Shown here: in pieces, positions 51,701-64,000 of the stretch
Numbering within the stretch: the first letter of the stretch is position 1
How the letters are laid out: each line of letters opens with the position of its first letter
Source: Takakia lepidozioides
Lineage: Eukaryota; Plantae; Bryophyta
Direction: 5' to 3'
Length of the DNA: 64,000 nt
Assembly (NCBI GenBank): GCA_030704615.1
Contig: CM060734.1
Location: 4,030,001-4,094,000, forward strand
The notes under the pieces: model-generated
Told to the model about the DNA's origin: nothing
Databases searched by the model: none
What the model saw: the letters and a program-made list of their open reading frames with translations, nothing else
Position numbers and translations under genes: made by a program

Positions 51701-54700
51701 AGCTGTTCCAGGACAAAATATCTAGAACTTCTCTTAGAATTGGGCATGACGTGTATGCCCATCAGTACTGCTACTTATTCTGGAATCGGAAGTGACTGCA
51801 GGAGGCCAATCGTCGCTTGCAGACTACTGTGCCTACTTTGTGGCCTATTCAGATGGGTCTTGTATAGACACGAACAGTGCTCGAGCCCCCGATCGAATGC
51901 TTGGAGAAATGAGAGGCCAAGACTCAAGGTTAGCCCCTGGTTCCCAGAAAATCCTTGGTCAGAGATTCTGTTTGATGAGCCCCTGATGGCAAATACATTT
52001 CTGTGCAGTAGGGAGAGTGCTGATAAATGAGTTCGATTCAAAGCCAAAGCAAGGACAATTCTATGTTCGACTCATGCATTGTACCTCCAAATAGAAGAGT
52101 CGCTGAAAACTGTATTCTTGAAGCATATTCATGACAGCTGGTTCAGCACAAAATAGAAGGCAGCTCGAAAAAGTGAAAAAACTACGTTTTGCAGAACTCA
52201 AATATTGGCTTTCAAAACTAGCATGCAAGTTCTAAACTAGAATTTTTTATGTGCTACATGCTGTAGATCACTATGGTGGTGATCTGTTTTGTGCCAAGAA
52301 TTTGAATGTGTGTGTGTCTGGGAGCAACCATAGTTTGATTCAAATGAAGAGTCCTGCTTTTTTTGTCAGGCCAACAGCCTTGAAGTGAAGTGAAGGACCA
52401 GACAATCTTGCAATGAAAGCCATTACACCTCATTGAAGTGTTCAAGGAAAACATAATGCATCGTCATTCTGTTTATGCTGGGATTTGGATGGATGTAGAT
52501 GCATGACGTCATCATTAGTCCGCTCAGGGTTTGTGCGGGGCTCCACGACACAAGGGAATGGCTGCTATGAGCATCGCTGCTTCAATGACACACTTGAGGT
52601 ATGTCCTCGTTAAGGTATGTCCTCGTTAGTTGTTTGGTTCTTTACCTCTCTCACCCTCCCAAGTGATCTGGCAGGAATCAACACACGAGGCCTGTAACTG
52701 GATTGGCTTTGGCTGTTCGTGGGACTAAAGCACTTTCCGGTTGAGTCTGACATAACATAGTGGGCTCATTCCCATACTATGCTCTCAAGGGTACTTCACA
52801 GCCACTGTTGGAAGGGAACAATCTATGAGGATTCACATCCCCATCTCATACTGATTTTCTTCTCTCTCTGACAGAATCACAGAAGCTGGCGTACAAAAGA
52901 GAGTCTTCACCTGTTTTCTCAAATGTTTCATTCTCTGCAGGTTGCTGTTGATGGAGCTTGGAAGGGATGTCCAAGAGATGGTGGCCCTATCCAGTTTGCC
53001 GGCTTTAATGGTGAGATGATTATTTTTGCAAACTAACCTGTTTGTTTCTATATCTTCCTAGTTTATTTCATCTGTTATCCATAGACTTATGTAACAGTCG
53101 TTGTGGTAACAGTGACGTACCCTATTTACTTATGTTATCTATAAGAAAGCTGATCAGGTCTGTCTTTCTCACTCATGTATCCACTTCTGACACATTCTTC
53201 TGGTTCTCTGTAGGAGAATTGGTATGCCCACCTTTCTACGAGCTTTGTGATGATACTGCTCCATCCATGCCAGGGGAGTGCCCCAATGCTTGCCAACACA
53301 ATGGAGAATGCATTGATGGGAAATGTCGCTGTTTTCTTGGTTTCAGTGGAGAATATTGCAGTGAACGTAAGTCCACCAAAACTGAAAAGAAGTGTTGTCG
53401 GACTTTTAATTCCTCGGAATGACAGGTGTTGATTACCAAAGTTAATGTCATTTAGTGGTTGTAAAACTCATCATACTCAAGACAAGATGCTTGATTATGC
53501 CTGATTGCCTGTCGCCCATTTTGGCAGGTGTTTGTTCGAGTGGATGCAGTGGTCATGGCATTTGTGCAGTGAATGGGATTTGTGAATGTGAGGCTGGCTA
53601 CACTGGTGTTGACTGCTCCACTGGTAGGTTGAGGTTCCTATCTGGACAAAAGATCACATCTCAAAATTAAGTCCCTCTAGCAGGACAGTCACTGCAATGA
53701 CCGTGCGCCCCTCCCTTCATTCTGCTTTCTACTTCATCCCCCACTTCCTGTTCTTTTCAGGCAGGACTTGGACTGACAGGCCCATGACAACTTGTGTCCA
53801 GTAATTGGCTATCTCACAGCCTCGCCCCTTACACCTCTCTCCATTTCTCAAAAAACACATGTACATTAAACCTGTAATTCGGCTAGGGACAGAGTCTACT
53901 ACAAAATATGTTTCCAGTTGGTTCAAAAAAGGAGAGTCGTTGCACACCAGGAATCTAAATTATATGGGGTTTTTTGTTCTCTGTTTTACTGCTCGTGATG
54001 GCCAAGCTAATTAAGTGTGTTGAACACTGCAGCGGGGTGTGATGAGCAATGCAGCTTGCATGGTGGTGTGTGCGACAACGGGATTTGTGAGTTCCGTTGC
54101 TCCGACTATGCAGGCTACACCTGCCAGAACAGCAGTACACTGATTCCCAGTTTGGCTCTATGTGGGGATGTTCTGGTGGGAGAGGCTCATGGGCAACACT
54201 GCGCTCCAAGCGAGTCCTCAATCCTCCAGCAGCTGGAGGCGGCAGTGGTGATGCCCAATTACAACCGCCTCATTCCAAGTGGTCGTCCCATCTTCAACAT
54301 TTTCGATAATGGCTATTGTGCAGCTGCAGCAAAGCGCCTTGCTTGCTGGGTGGGTGTTGCAATCTATTTTTTGGAAGTTGCTGTTCCATGCTTGCACATA
54401 ATAGTCCCAGTAAGAGGGGTGCAGTGGGTGTTGCGACATCAAAAGCAATGCTAGCCCTCCAATCATCGTCAATTGGCTTATCCAGATTGTCATCACTGTG
54501 TGGAGGGCTATTAACTAGAGAACTATTTCAAATTGAATAAGGGAGAACTACCCTTGGCCAAACTCTTGATGCACCTGGCAGACCCATCAATGTAGTTAGG
54601 TGTCCAACTACATGTCTACCTCCTAGAGAAAATAGACATCTAGCTCCCAAATGGTGCTTGAGAGTCTGGATTTAGCTCAGAGAAGGGGTTGCTATTTGTT

Positions 54701-55140
54701 GGGTCTGGCAGATATCAATACAACGATGTGACATGGATGGCGATAACCGGCTCCGGGTCTGCCATTCAGCCTGTGAGTCCTACAACACAGCCTGTGGAGC
54801 ACGACTGGACTGCTCTGACCGCACTTTGTTCAGCGGAGAAGAAGGTGACGGAGACGGAGCTTGTACTGGAGATGGAACAGTACAGGCATGGTGGCAGCTG
54901 CATTTTAGAACCCTCTTATTAGTAGGGCTTTTACTGACGACCACTTGCTTTTTACTTGGTGCAATCCGACACATCTATCGGACTCTTCGTGCCAGTGGTG
55001 CGGCCAGAGACGTCAGAGATGATTTACATGGGCAGTACATTGTCCTTACAGAGGGAGAACAGGAGGGGGAGAAGTGGAGCGGATCAACTAAAAAGAGATT
55101 TACAGAGAGTTTTGGAAAGCTCATGTCAGGCTGTCGGTAG
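45720..55140 (+). CDS. LMLN: Leishmanolysin/invadolysin-like zinc metallopeptidase (family M8) with EGF-like repeats and a C-terminal TM helix
   Basis: Exons: 45720-45761 (tentative), 46728-46904, 47788-47964, 48164-48304, 48633-48765, 49109-49222, 49534-49607, 49981-50055, 50577-50669, 51005-51065, 51353-51685, 51802-51928, 52499-52598, 52941-53010, 53214-53366, 53528-53623, 54033-54349, 54712-55140. Motifs HSCIHD, LIHE|VMHVLGF (HExxH split by an intron), LEDGGGRGTAGSHWEKR, NEIMTG and LALLEDSGWY. Confidence 0.93.
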
Positions 55141-56794
55141 CATCAGATATTCAGAGGGCAACTTTGGCATCCTTCCAGACAATCGCTAACGGATCTTCTT
55201 TTGGCGCACACGTCAATTGGCTACCTGGTGTTCACCGAGATGCGGGGATAGCATAGCATGTAAAGGGAGGGTGAATTGATTAAATCTGGTCCCATTTTAG
55301 CCCTATTTGCTCCTTTTAAGGTTCTCTTTTCAACATTCTGAGGAGCTAAATAGGACAGTCGAGTTTCGCCTCCTATGCTTCATGAGTTTGGCAAACCACC
55401 CGGGCCCAGCTCAAATTGGTTGGGATTCCTACTAATTGTGAAATGCACACTGAAATTTTAGAATTTCAAAATACCTGCTCCCTCTCTGAAGCTACATTGA
55501 ACGTGACAAATAGTTTACTTAAGAGTCTTTCTGCTGTGAGCAGAAAGTGGGGTGGGATCTGCAGATCTGTAGTTTAACCACTTGAGTCTGGCATAAGTGC
55601 ATGTCAGACTGAGGGCGCCAGTCTTGCTGACATTCTTTGTGACGTTTAAATTTTGTTATCTGTTGGCAAGTTATGAGAGGTGAGCCACACAGTGCATGGT
55701 TTATTAGTTCTTTTCAGAGGTTTGCCAGATCTGTCTTCATTAAATTACTGGTGCCATTCTTCTGAATAGAGCGATAATAGTGGGGTGGACACTGGACACC
55801 TAGGAAGCCCGAGTGGGTCTGAATGGCAGACTCGAGTGGATTTGAATTATGTTGAGCATGCTACCCATCTCATTCTTGGGCTCACATCGAATGTCACCTT
55901 GCTTTCCCGGTCCACCCATGTGCCTAGAATTTCCTTTGAGTTGGCAGTTCCACAAAACTACTATAAACATCCTCACCTGAGCTTAGTTTGACTGAATACA
56001 GGGAAGAGATGAGTAGAGGGAGTGAAGTTTTCATTGGTCCTTTCGAGCATCAAGCCCACTTTGATCCGAGAATGTCGGTTCAGATTCATGGGGCTGCTTA
56101 CAGAACTATTCCTGGCACCTTGCAGTATATCCAAATGACATTTCAAGAACTATGCAGACAAACCTGTCTTGTACTGGCTGGCGGACAGATATGAAAAGCA
56201 CAAGACAAGCACAAGCATTGACTTGCAATCCTGCAACAAACCTGGTATAAACATCATGGCAGCCTAGTTGCAACTGCTGCTGGCTCCATTATGCTGAACT
56301 GTTGCTTCCCTCCTTGGTTCGATCAAACTGATTTGCAAGAGAGACAAAGTGAATGAGGGCCACCGCCGACTCTCGACCTTCTCATCTTCTTCTATGTCCC
56401 AACAAGAGTCTACTCAGACCTCAACCCCCTCACTCTCAAGCCTCCTCCTTCCTCTGTGAACGACTGAAACCACGTCAACAGATGATGTGGAACGTGACTT
56501 CATCCATCCATTATTAACGCAGCGGGCAGCTACCCGGGATATGAAAACAAGGCCGGACATACACGTAGGCCCTGCCATCTACATATGTAAGACATAAATT
56601 TGGAATTTACATATTACCTCTGACTGGTGAACATTTTGTTAAAAGGGTTGGATGAAGGATAAATTGAATGCGTAAAAGAATGCGTATAACTGTTTTAATG
56701 GTCAAAAATCTAGCAACAATGCTATAGCTATAATGTTGCATCGGATTAATCTTTTGATGAATAAAACGATTAACATGGTTGGAAAGTTTGAAAG

Positions 56795-57407
56795 CAATCT
56801 ATAGTTGGTTGCGTATGGAGATCCAACGTTTTTTTTAAATGACACATTGCATTTTGTCGCAGAAGCACAGAAGATTGGCTGTAATTCAAAAGAAAAACCA
56901 TTGAATCAAAGAGATAATCTCCGGCAACATACGGATAGTCATGTTGTCGAACCAACCCTTCTTTTTACAACTCTGTATCAATGTCCTGCACTTGAAACTG
57001 GTTTTGTATACGAGATTGTCTTGTTGTGAAAGACGGGACTGTGGGCTCGAAATGACCTCATGGTTCGATCTGTCTTCAAAGACCATTTGGAATGGAGGAC
57101 GCTTGAACTCTTCATCACATTTAATCATGATTCTTGCACTCGTTCGAAACCAAACAAATATCGGACAAGAAAGATAATCAGACAACCAAAAAATAGCTGT
57201 GAAGTCTCCCCACAATCCTCCATTGGAGACATTTTTTCAATGTACCCTTCTAGTGTGCTGACTTGTCCATTATGCAGAGATAGAAGAAATTATGGAGAAA
57301 GTTGTTTTCGACAATCTATAGTTGGTTGCGTACGGAGATCCAACGTTTTTTTTAAATGACACATTGCATTTTGTCGCAGAAGTACAGAAGATTGGTTGTA
57401 ATTCAAA
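56795..57407 (+). repeat. 96-bp direct duplication (56795-56890 and 57312-57407)
   Basis: CAATCTATAGTTGGTTGCGTA...GTAATTCAAA occurs twice with about 3 mismatches. Confidence 0.9.
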
Positions 57408-57809
57408 TATCGTGGAATATTACTTGTGAAGTTGCACAATCCCATTCATGTAACATCGAATGGTAAGTCGAATGACGTACTTTACATCATAAAATTATAA
57501 AGATAAGATCGATTGAATGAAGTTATTAATAAATTGATAGATGTATGACATAAACAGATGATTCAAGAAGATAATATACAAATGAAAAGTAAACATCCAT
57601 ACCATGCTTATAGTATAGTAGTACCTGAACCAATGTATTGCAAGTTTTCAATTGATGGATTAAAACGTTGAATGGAATAAGGTTGGATTTCAATGAAACA
57701 TGTGGATTATCTTTCAAAATATTTAGGGATCATTCCGATGTTCATATGACAACCAAATATTGTGGAAGAGTGTCATGTAGATTCAGCTATAAAGTCATTG
57801 AACCAAGCT

Positions 57810-58560
57810 GGAATTAGGTTTTAGGTTATAGAGTTTGCTAGGGTACATTGAAACATAGTACTTGGTATGAATGGAAAAGAAAATATGGGAAAGTGTACAG
57901 ATGACTTGGCACCTATGAAAATTTGTTAATGAAATATCTCAACCACAGATTGTATCCAAATTTCTATGAGGAATGTGAATCAAACAGTGGAGTTTGGTTT
58001 AGGGTTTAGGGTTTTAGAAAACTGTAAATGGACAAACAATTATGGAGTTTGAGTCTTTACCCATACGTATAACAATTTATGAAATATTATCCCCACCACT
58101 TCGACTGTACCCAAAATTGGAAGTAATAAATAAATAAGCATCAAACATTGAAATTAGGTTTTAGGGTATAGAATTTGCGAGGGTACTAACCATAGTACTC
58201 GGTATGAATGGAAAAGAAAATATTGGGAAGGGTACAGATGACTTGTCACCTATGATTTAGGGTTTAGGGAATAAAATTTCCCAACCATAGATTGTATCTA
58301 ATCTATGAAGAATGCGCATCAAACAATGGAGTTACGTTTAAGGGCTTAGGGTTTAGGGTTTAGAGAACTATAAATGGACAAACAATTATGGAATGTGAGT
58401 CAAAAAATGACAGAAATCTAAAGTGTACAAGTAACTTGTCACCTAAGAAATAAGACTTGAATGAAATATCCCAAGGGCCATTCTATTATGCCCAACCTTG
58501 TAACCCTTGAAGAGTGCGCATCAAACATTCGAATTAGGTTTAGGGTATATGGTTTAAGAT
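57810..58560 (+). repeat. Degenerate satellite (~335-bp dimer of ~165-bp subunits) carrying plant telomere motifs (TTTAGGG)n
   Basis: GGTTTAGGGTTTAGGG at ~57996 and ~58350; repeated CATAGTACT.GGTATGAATGGAAAAGAAAATAT and AAATGGACAAACAATTATGGA blocks. Confidence 0.8.
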
Positions 58561-59309
58561 GAGGACAATGTAAGGACTGAAGGCCCCAGAAGTATTATCT
58601 TTAGAAGGTCCTAATAAGATAAACAGACCCAAGATAAATTGACCTGAGATGACACGGAATAACGGGTGGCAAAGCGAGGTTCAGGACTGATTAGTGACAA
58701 AGAAAATTGAGACGAATCTTAAGATAGTCCGAAAAGGTAGTAAAGGAAATGTAACTCTGTACTTGAAGCCAGACTTACAGAAAGCTACTGACGAGTAATG
58801 GGAGAAGATGCACAAGATTCAGAAGCAGTAAACAGCGAGAAAGCTTGTCCATTGAAGCAACAACTTTCACAAATTGCCACGCGGTTTATACTCAGGACAT
58901 TTTTTAGACCAATCATATCGAGCCCAACAATACGACCATGTGGACCGAGAATGAAGGAGATGGGCGAATCTGTTGAGGAGAAGACACTTTGGTGAGAACC
59001 AGAGAACCAAAAGAAATGGGTGTAATGTGAGAGAGGAACTGCAAAGAGAAGGAAGCAGTGACATCAGGAAAACTAGGAACTCCGGATGATCACTCGAGGT
59101 TCCTGAAACGTTACAAAGATGAGGTCCGGATAAAAGCTGGTGGCTGGCAAAGAAGGTAGATTAATATTTGAAGACGTGAAGAGAAACAAATGGAGAGTGG
59201 AGGTAAAACATTAGTTTTATTCTTGAAAACATGCCGAGGAGTGAACCTCCACAATATGTCATTGTCAACCTTGATCTCCGCCCAATGTTGCATTGTCTTC
59301 ATTGTCTGA

Positions 59310-62300
59310 CTATTGATTGGCCTCATCCAAATTTGCTCGTGTTTTCTCCGCCTCCACCGCGGTAATTTTCTTAGAGCTATTACGTGTCGTGTTTTTTCTG
59401 GCGGGCATTGTCCAAACAACAAAATTAATGTGAATCCACTGAGGGGGATCATCTGGATTGAACTCCCAAACTTTGGACCAACAATCTCTATACCTGTCCA
59501 AATCGGAAGAGCTACCTCTTTTCTTGGGTCTCCACCATTCGACGTGAACCTTCTTAAAATTCCTGGATCCTTTGTCGCGGACCACATCCGATATTACCAT
59601 CCCCATCCAAACTGGAAACATCACAGTATCTACTGATCGAACCAAGACGAAGAATCCGTTCTCAATGTCCTTGAACAGATTTAGAGGCTGCTTCGGTCTA
59701 TCACACCGGGGGCCACAATACGGCTCCATGACTTTATCTTCTTCCGACAGATCATCCTCTGCAGGTGTATGGATTCCGGCTCTGTGGTGGTTGATAGCCC
59801 ACTTGGTTGAGGGCCAAAAACCCTCTTTAAGTGCGATTGAATGTCGTGATTCTCCAGGAATGGGAAGATCAAGTTCTGCAAGGATTGCTTCCCAATATTG
59901 ATCATACTGTATCATGATGTCACGATAATGATTGTCAAGCAACATCCCCTTCTTCCAGAACTCCCTATATTTTTTAATTCCAGTTTTGATAAAAGACTGT
60001 TTATCGGATGAGTCATCTCCCACACCCCAAATTGGTGTTTTTTTTACAGCCCTGGGTTGTACTGCTACATGCAACTTTGGAGATCCATTGGGATTCAACT
60101 TCCACATCTTCACCGCACATTTTTTGGGGAGCCACTCAGAATCAGTAGCAAACTTCTTAAACTTCATGACAGGCCAACCATCTTCATCTACATAGAATCG
60201 AAATATCTGTTTGCCCAACTAAAGCCTCTTTTCCATCGAGAATGCAACCGTCCACATACGCCTTGAAATCTGGCACCTCTTGAATGATTTGAGGAATAAA
60301 TTGCAGATCTTGAGAGATCATAAAAAACCTCATAAGATCGGAGAGAACGTAGGTGCTGTTTTGATTCAGCTTCTTCGATAAATAACTGAAGAATCCGTCG
60401 ATGTCCTCATGGGTATGGCCAACCATGAGAAATCCTATCTGAATCTCCTCAAACACTCCTCTCACAGTTAGGAGCGATAAAAAAGCCAGCATCCACCTGT
60501 TTTTGTTTTCCTTCACGCAGTTGTCCAACTGCAGGTAGAGTTTTTCTTTTTTTCTTCTCCTTATTGCCGAAAGGTTTCAAGACATTGAGACACCTCGATT
60601 TACCCTTCATGAGAGATTCGAAAAAGGAATTCTGAGGTGGGTGGTCAAAGATGTTACGACTTTCGCGGCAAGATGGCTTCTCTAGTTGGCGGAGGCATCT
60701 TGCTAGAGAGCCAATCGTGAAGTTCAGGTCTCCCGGCCAGAAGTCCAGGGAGTACTGTCCGTAGGCTCCGTCCCCATGGCCATGGGTGACCATGCCGGTT
60801 AGCGAGATTGGAAGCTGACATGAGCCGGAGACCATCTTGTTCGTCGTCTGCAACCTTGGAATAGCTATTTTCCGATGATCCATCTTGTCATGAATGATGC
60901 AGAGGAACTCGGACGGCATCATAGCTGACTCATTCCTCCAGCTGTGATAGAGTCTCCTGCAAGACTCCTGAAGCCTAAGGTGCTTATCAAGTGCTTTCTT
61001 GTGCGAGGCCTGCTCATCGCTACGTTTGACCGACTTCTTGATTAGGTCTTTGAGCATCTCACAGTCTGTGCATTTGGCAAACGTGCTACCACTTTTTCTA
61101 ACCTCGACATTGGGAGAAATCCGTTGTCTGATTCTGCTGACGGCTGCTTGGGAGATAGGCTTCAACCTACATATTTTATTCGCCTGCAAGACAGACAGGG
61201 GGGAATGAACCTCGCGCGATCACCCGAGCTTTAATAGTGAGAGGTCTGATACATTGCGTGGAAGCAAAACTGGGAAGGTCCCAAAAAATATAGAATTCGG
61301 AAAGTGGTAAAAAAAAAAAAAACTGACCTCATTACACTCCTCACGAATTTTTTTCCAGTTCAGTTCAGGTGGCAGAACTCGAAGAGTATCTCTCCTTCCG
61401 TCTCCAATACAGCGGGTCTTATGAGGCATGAGATCAGAATTTATGTTTATAATCGACATTAAGTTTCCTTCAGCTTGACGAGTTTGTGGACGGGGCCGTT
61501 TCACTCCGGAATTCCCGTGCAACGATGTAACCACACCCTCTCTGCTTAGTTTTTTGTATTCCATGTAGGTTGAACGACTGATTCCGTGAATTGTCCACCA
61601 AGCTGTCTCACACACATCAACGCCCTCAATGGTTATGTAGGCCTTTGTCGAAACCTCGTCGATTCGATGAAGTCTTTTGAGAACATCAAAACCGAGCTCT
61701 CTCCGTTCGTCGTAAGAGGATCCCCAATAAACGGTCCGGATAGCGAGTGTTTTTCTCTAGTCGAAATATTGGCAACACTGTAAATTGCAACATTGTTTGC
61801 TGCTGACTTCTCGAACTGCCTGCAGAGAGAGACGAGTATTTATCTTTTTGGAATCGTCTTTTTTTTTTATCTTTTTTTGGTCTGTTGAAATGCCGGTATG
61901 TTGCTTTTTTCACACCTTTCTCATTGTGACCAATATCTATTTGTTCCCGGCTATTGATGAAACTATGAAGCTCATGTGACAATGTCCTGCCATTATCAAT
62001 CAACCAAGTCTACGTCAATGGCCAGTTCACGAGACACATGAGATTGGCCGAACCGCCATTCAAAATCCTTGTAACGAGCACCCCGACGTGATGTTCTCCA
62101 ACTTTCTCACAAAGTATCACCTCGTCAAGATGACATGCTTGAATTCTGCCCTCGTACAAAGCACTTTGTTCATTTCCAAGGAGAATACACAATTTATTTC
62201 TCCAACTGTCTCTACCCATAGCAACATCATTATTCGGAGACGACCTTGACATGTCATATTCAATTTGTTCATTGAATTTTGGATGGTAATCAGCCCCAGA

Positions 62301-62632
62301 TGTCAATTCGACCTCCGAGAACCGAGGAACCTCATTGTTGGTGTTGGTATCAGTCCCAGTATCTTTTTGAATTTGCACCACATCCCAAACGACAGGTGTT
62401 CCGATTGCTTCTCCCAAAGAATCCGCATCCATGTGCGGATATGGCAACGACACAGAAGAATGTGCGGATCGCAAGACACTATAACAACAGATATTGTGGA
62501 CCTGTTTAGCTGTCGTCCATGGCAACTTCCGCAACCAGTCACGTTGAGACATTCTGCTGTTGCGACGATAGAGTTCGAGCCCTCAAGAGTGAGAAAAACT
62601 TGTTGACCAGTTTGGAACAACGACATTTCCAC
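59310..62632 (-). mobile_element. Sola-like DDD/E transposase gene, frameshifted, with one intron (61184-61327); the element probably spans ~56460 to beyond the right edge
   Basis: ORFs 62303-62632/62010-62552, 61686-62003, 61220-61615, 60449-61189, 60184-60528 and 59310-60218. Motifs CETAW..HGIS, CTDC, HDKMD, LQLDNC.KENKN and FLMVGHTHEDIDGFFS. Confidence 0.75.
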
Positions 62633-64000
62633 GAACCTCGCGCGATCGCGTGTGTATCCTACAGTAGAGATTCTGGTGATTAATGATTCGGCACTATATC
62701 GATGGACACTAAGAAAGAGTGAAACAATAAGTTACTGAAGTTTGTTTAAAAAAACTGAGGATGAAGATGAAAAAGAACCTCGCGCGATCGCCCGCGTTTA
62801 GGGTTATAATGATTTGGATATTGAAAATAGAACTCGGACTCTCGGATTGTCTACTAAAATGTAGAACGTAGATCTCTTTTGGTCGAAACAGAAATTTGTA
62901 GAAACTTAAAGGATTTGCTAAAGCTACGACCCGAATGCACAACATTGTCTACGACTCCATAACAAAAATAGAACCACATCGACGGACGTTCGCGCGTGGT
63001 TCAGATGGATGAAATGAATGATGGATGAATAATGGTAGACGACTTTCGGATGACAAGTCAACAAATGGATGAATAAATGAAACATGGATGAACGAAACAG
63101 CTATAGTGCGAGTGATCATTCGAAGTACATAAAACGGTCGGGTGTGTATGTAAGATCTTTGCAGACAGTGGATGGGAACAAAGGAGCAGAGAGACAGAAG
63201 AGAAACCCAGATGAAGTGGAGATGCTCTCAATATTGAAAGGAGTACAAAAGGAAGAATGAACGTAAAACAGACAGTCCTGAAGATCAGCGAGCCAGAGCA
63301 ACTGAGAGGGAAAAAATGGCATGCGTGCACAGGGCAGGCTCTTATACGGATTGTCAAACAGTGCAGTACGAGGTCGACGTGTTCACATTACAGAGGTGCG
63401 TTTTGGAGTGTCATGGATCGACAAATTGTCGCCCTGGATATGCTCTTTCGTGTAATCTAGTGGCTATTATGTGTCCTCCAGAGCATAAATTCAAGTAGGA
63501 GTCTAAAATCCACCGAACATTAATGGGTCTCTAAGTTATTGCGTCCAACGCGAATAACTAACGGATTCAAGATCTGGAATCTGACATCCAAAGCACCAGA
63601 GAAGCAGAAAATCCAATGTTGAATTAATGATACAAGAGAAGAAATAGTCGGCGACGAAAGTGGCCGCCTCTTAAGGCCATTGTGATGAGCCGGCGGCCAT
63701 CTATGGCATGGTGACATTACGTAGCTGCAATGAACGTGGGGCCGTAGATGAGGTGTAGGTAGAGAAAACGTGAGACCGATCAAATCCCAGATGCACGTCC
63801 CGACACCTCATTATTGAACCTATGAATAATATTTTATCATTGGATGAAATAAGAGCCTTCGCGGATGAAACAGACGTATACTGGATGAGATGACTGCCCT
63901 AGTGGATGATTCAACTCCCCTCATGGATGAGCGCCGTCACGGGAACCCGTAATAATTCCAGGGTGTTCACTTTATGAAGGCGTCGGATTGCCGCGCCTAA

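Noticed and set aside
56516-59100. Possible second spliced gene on the minus strand inside the Sola-like element
   Set aside because: Some splice-like sites and short frames exist, but I found no recognisable homology or consistent exon chain.

Overview
Eukaryotic nuclear DNA from a land plant. A non-seed plant is my inference, from the gene families, GT-AG introns, TTTAGGG motifs and RTE-X LINEs. Two intron-rich host genes lie head-to-head. One is a RelA/SpoT-homologue (RSH, (p)ppGpp synthetase/hydrolase) on the minus strand, with 15 exons from 23109 to 236 and continuing beyond the left edge; two of its introns are swollen by LINE copies. The other is a leishmanolysin/invadolysin-like M8 metallopeptidase on the plus strand (45720/46728-55140). 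Between them is a three-level nest of mobile elements. A gag+protease-only LTR retroelement (~24222-40946) is split by a 10.3-kb DNA transposon with 16-bp TIRs, an 8-bp TSD and a P-element-like transposase (29207-39518). That transposon in turn carries a LINE with a 12-bp TSD (29887-32584). A tRNA-derived SINE and an L1 3' fragment follow. The right ~7.5 kb is a second DNA transposon with a Sola-like transposase, a telomere-motif satellite and phased GGATGA motifs. The highlights are the P-like element and a hidden ~329-codon antisense ORF restored by removing the LINE; a covarying structured 3' tail and TCTC target preference in one LINE family; and inverted LINE copies bracketing an in-frame 300-nt RSH exon cassette. 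All calls are by eye, with no database searches run.
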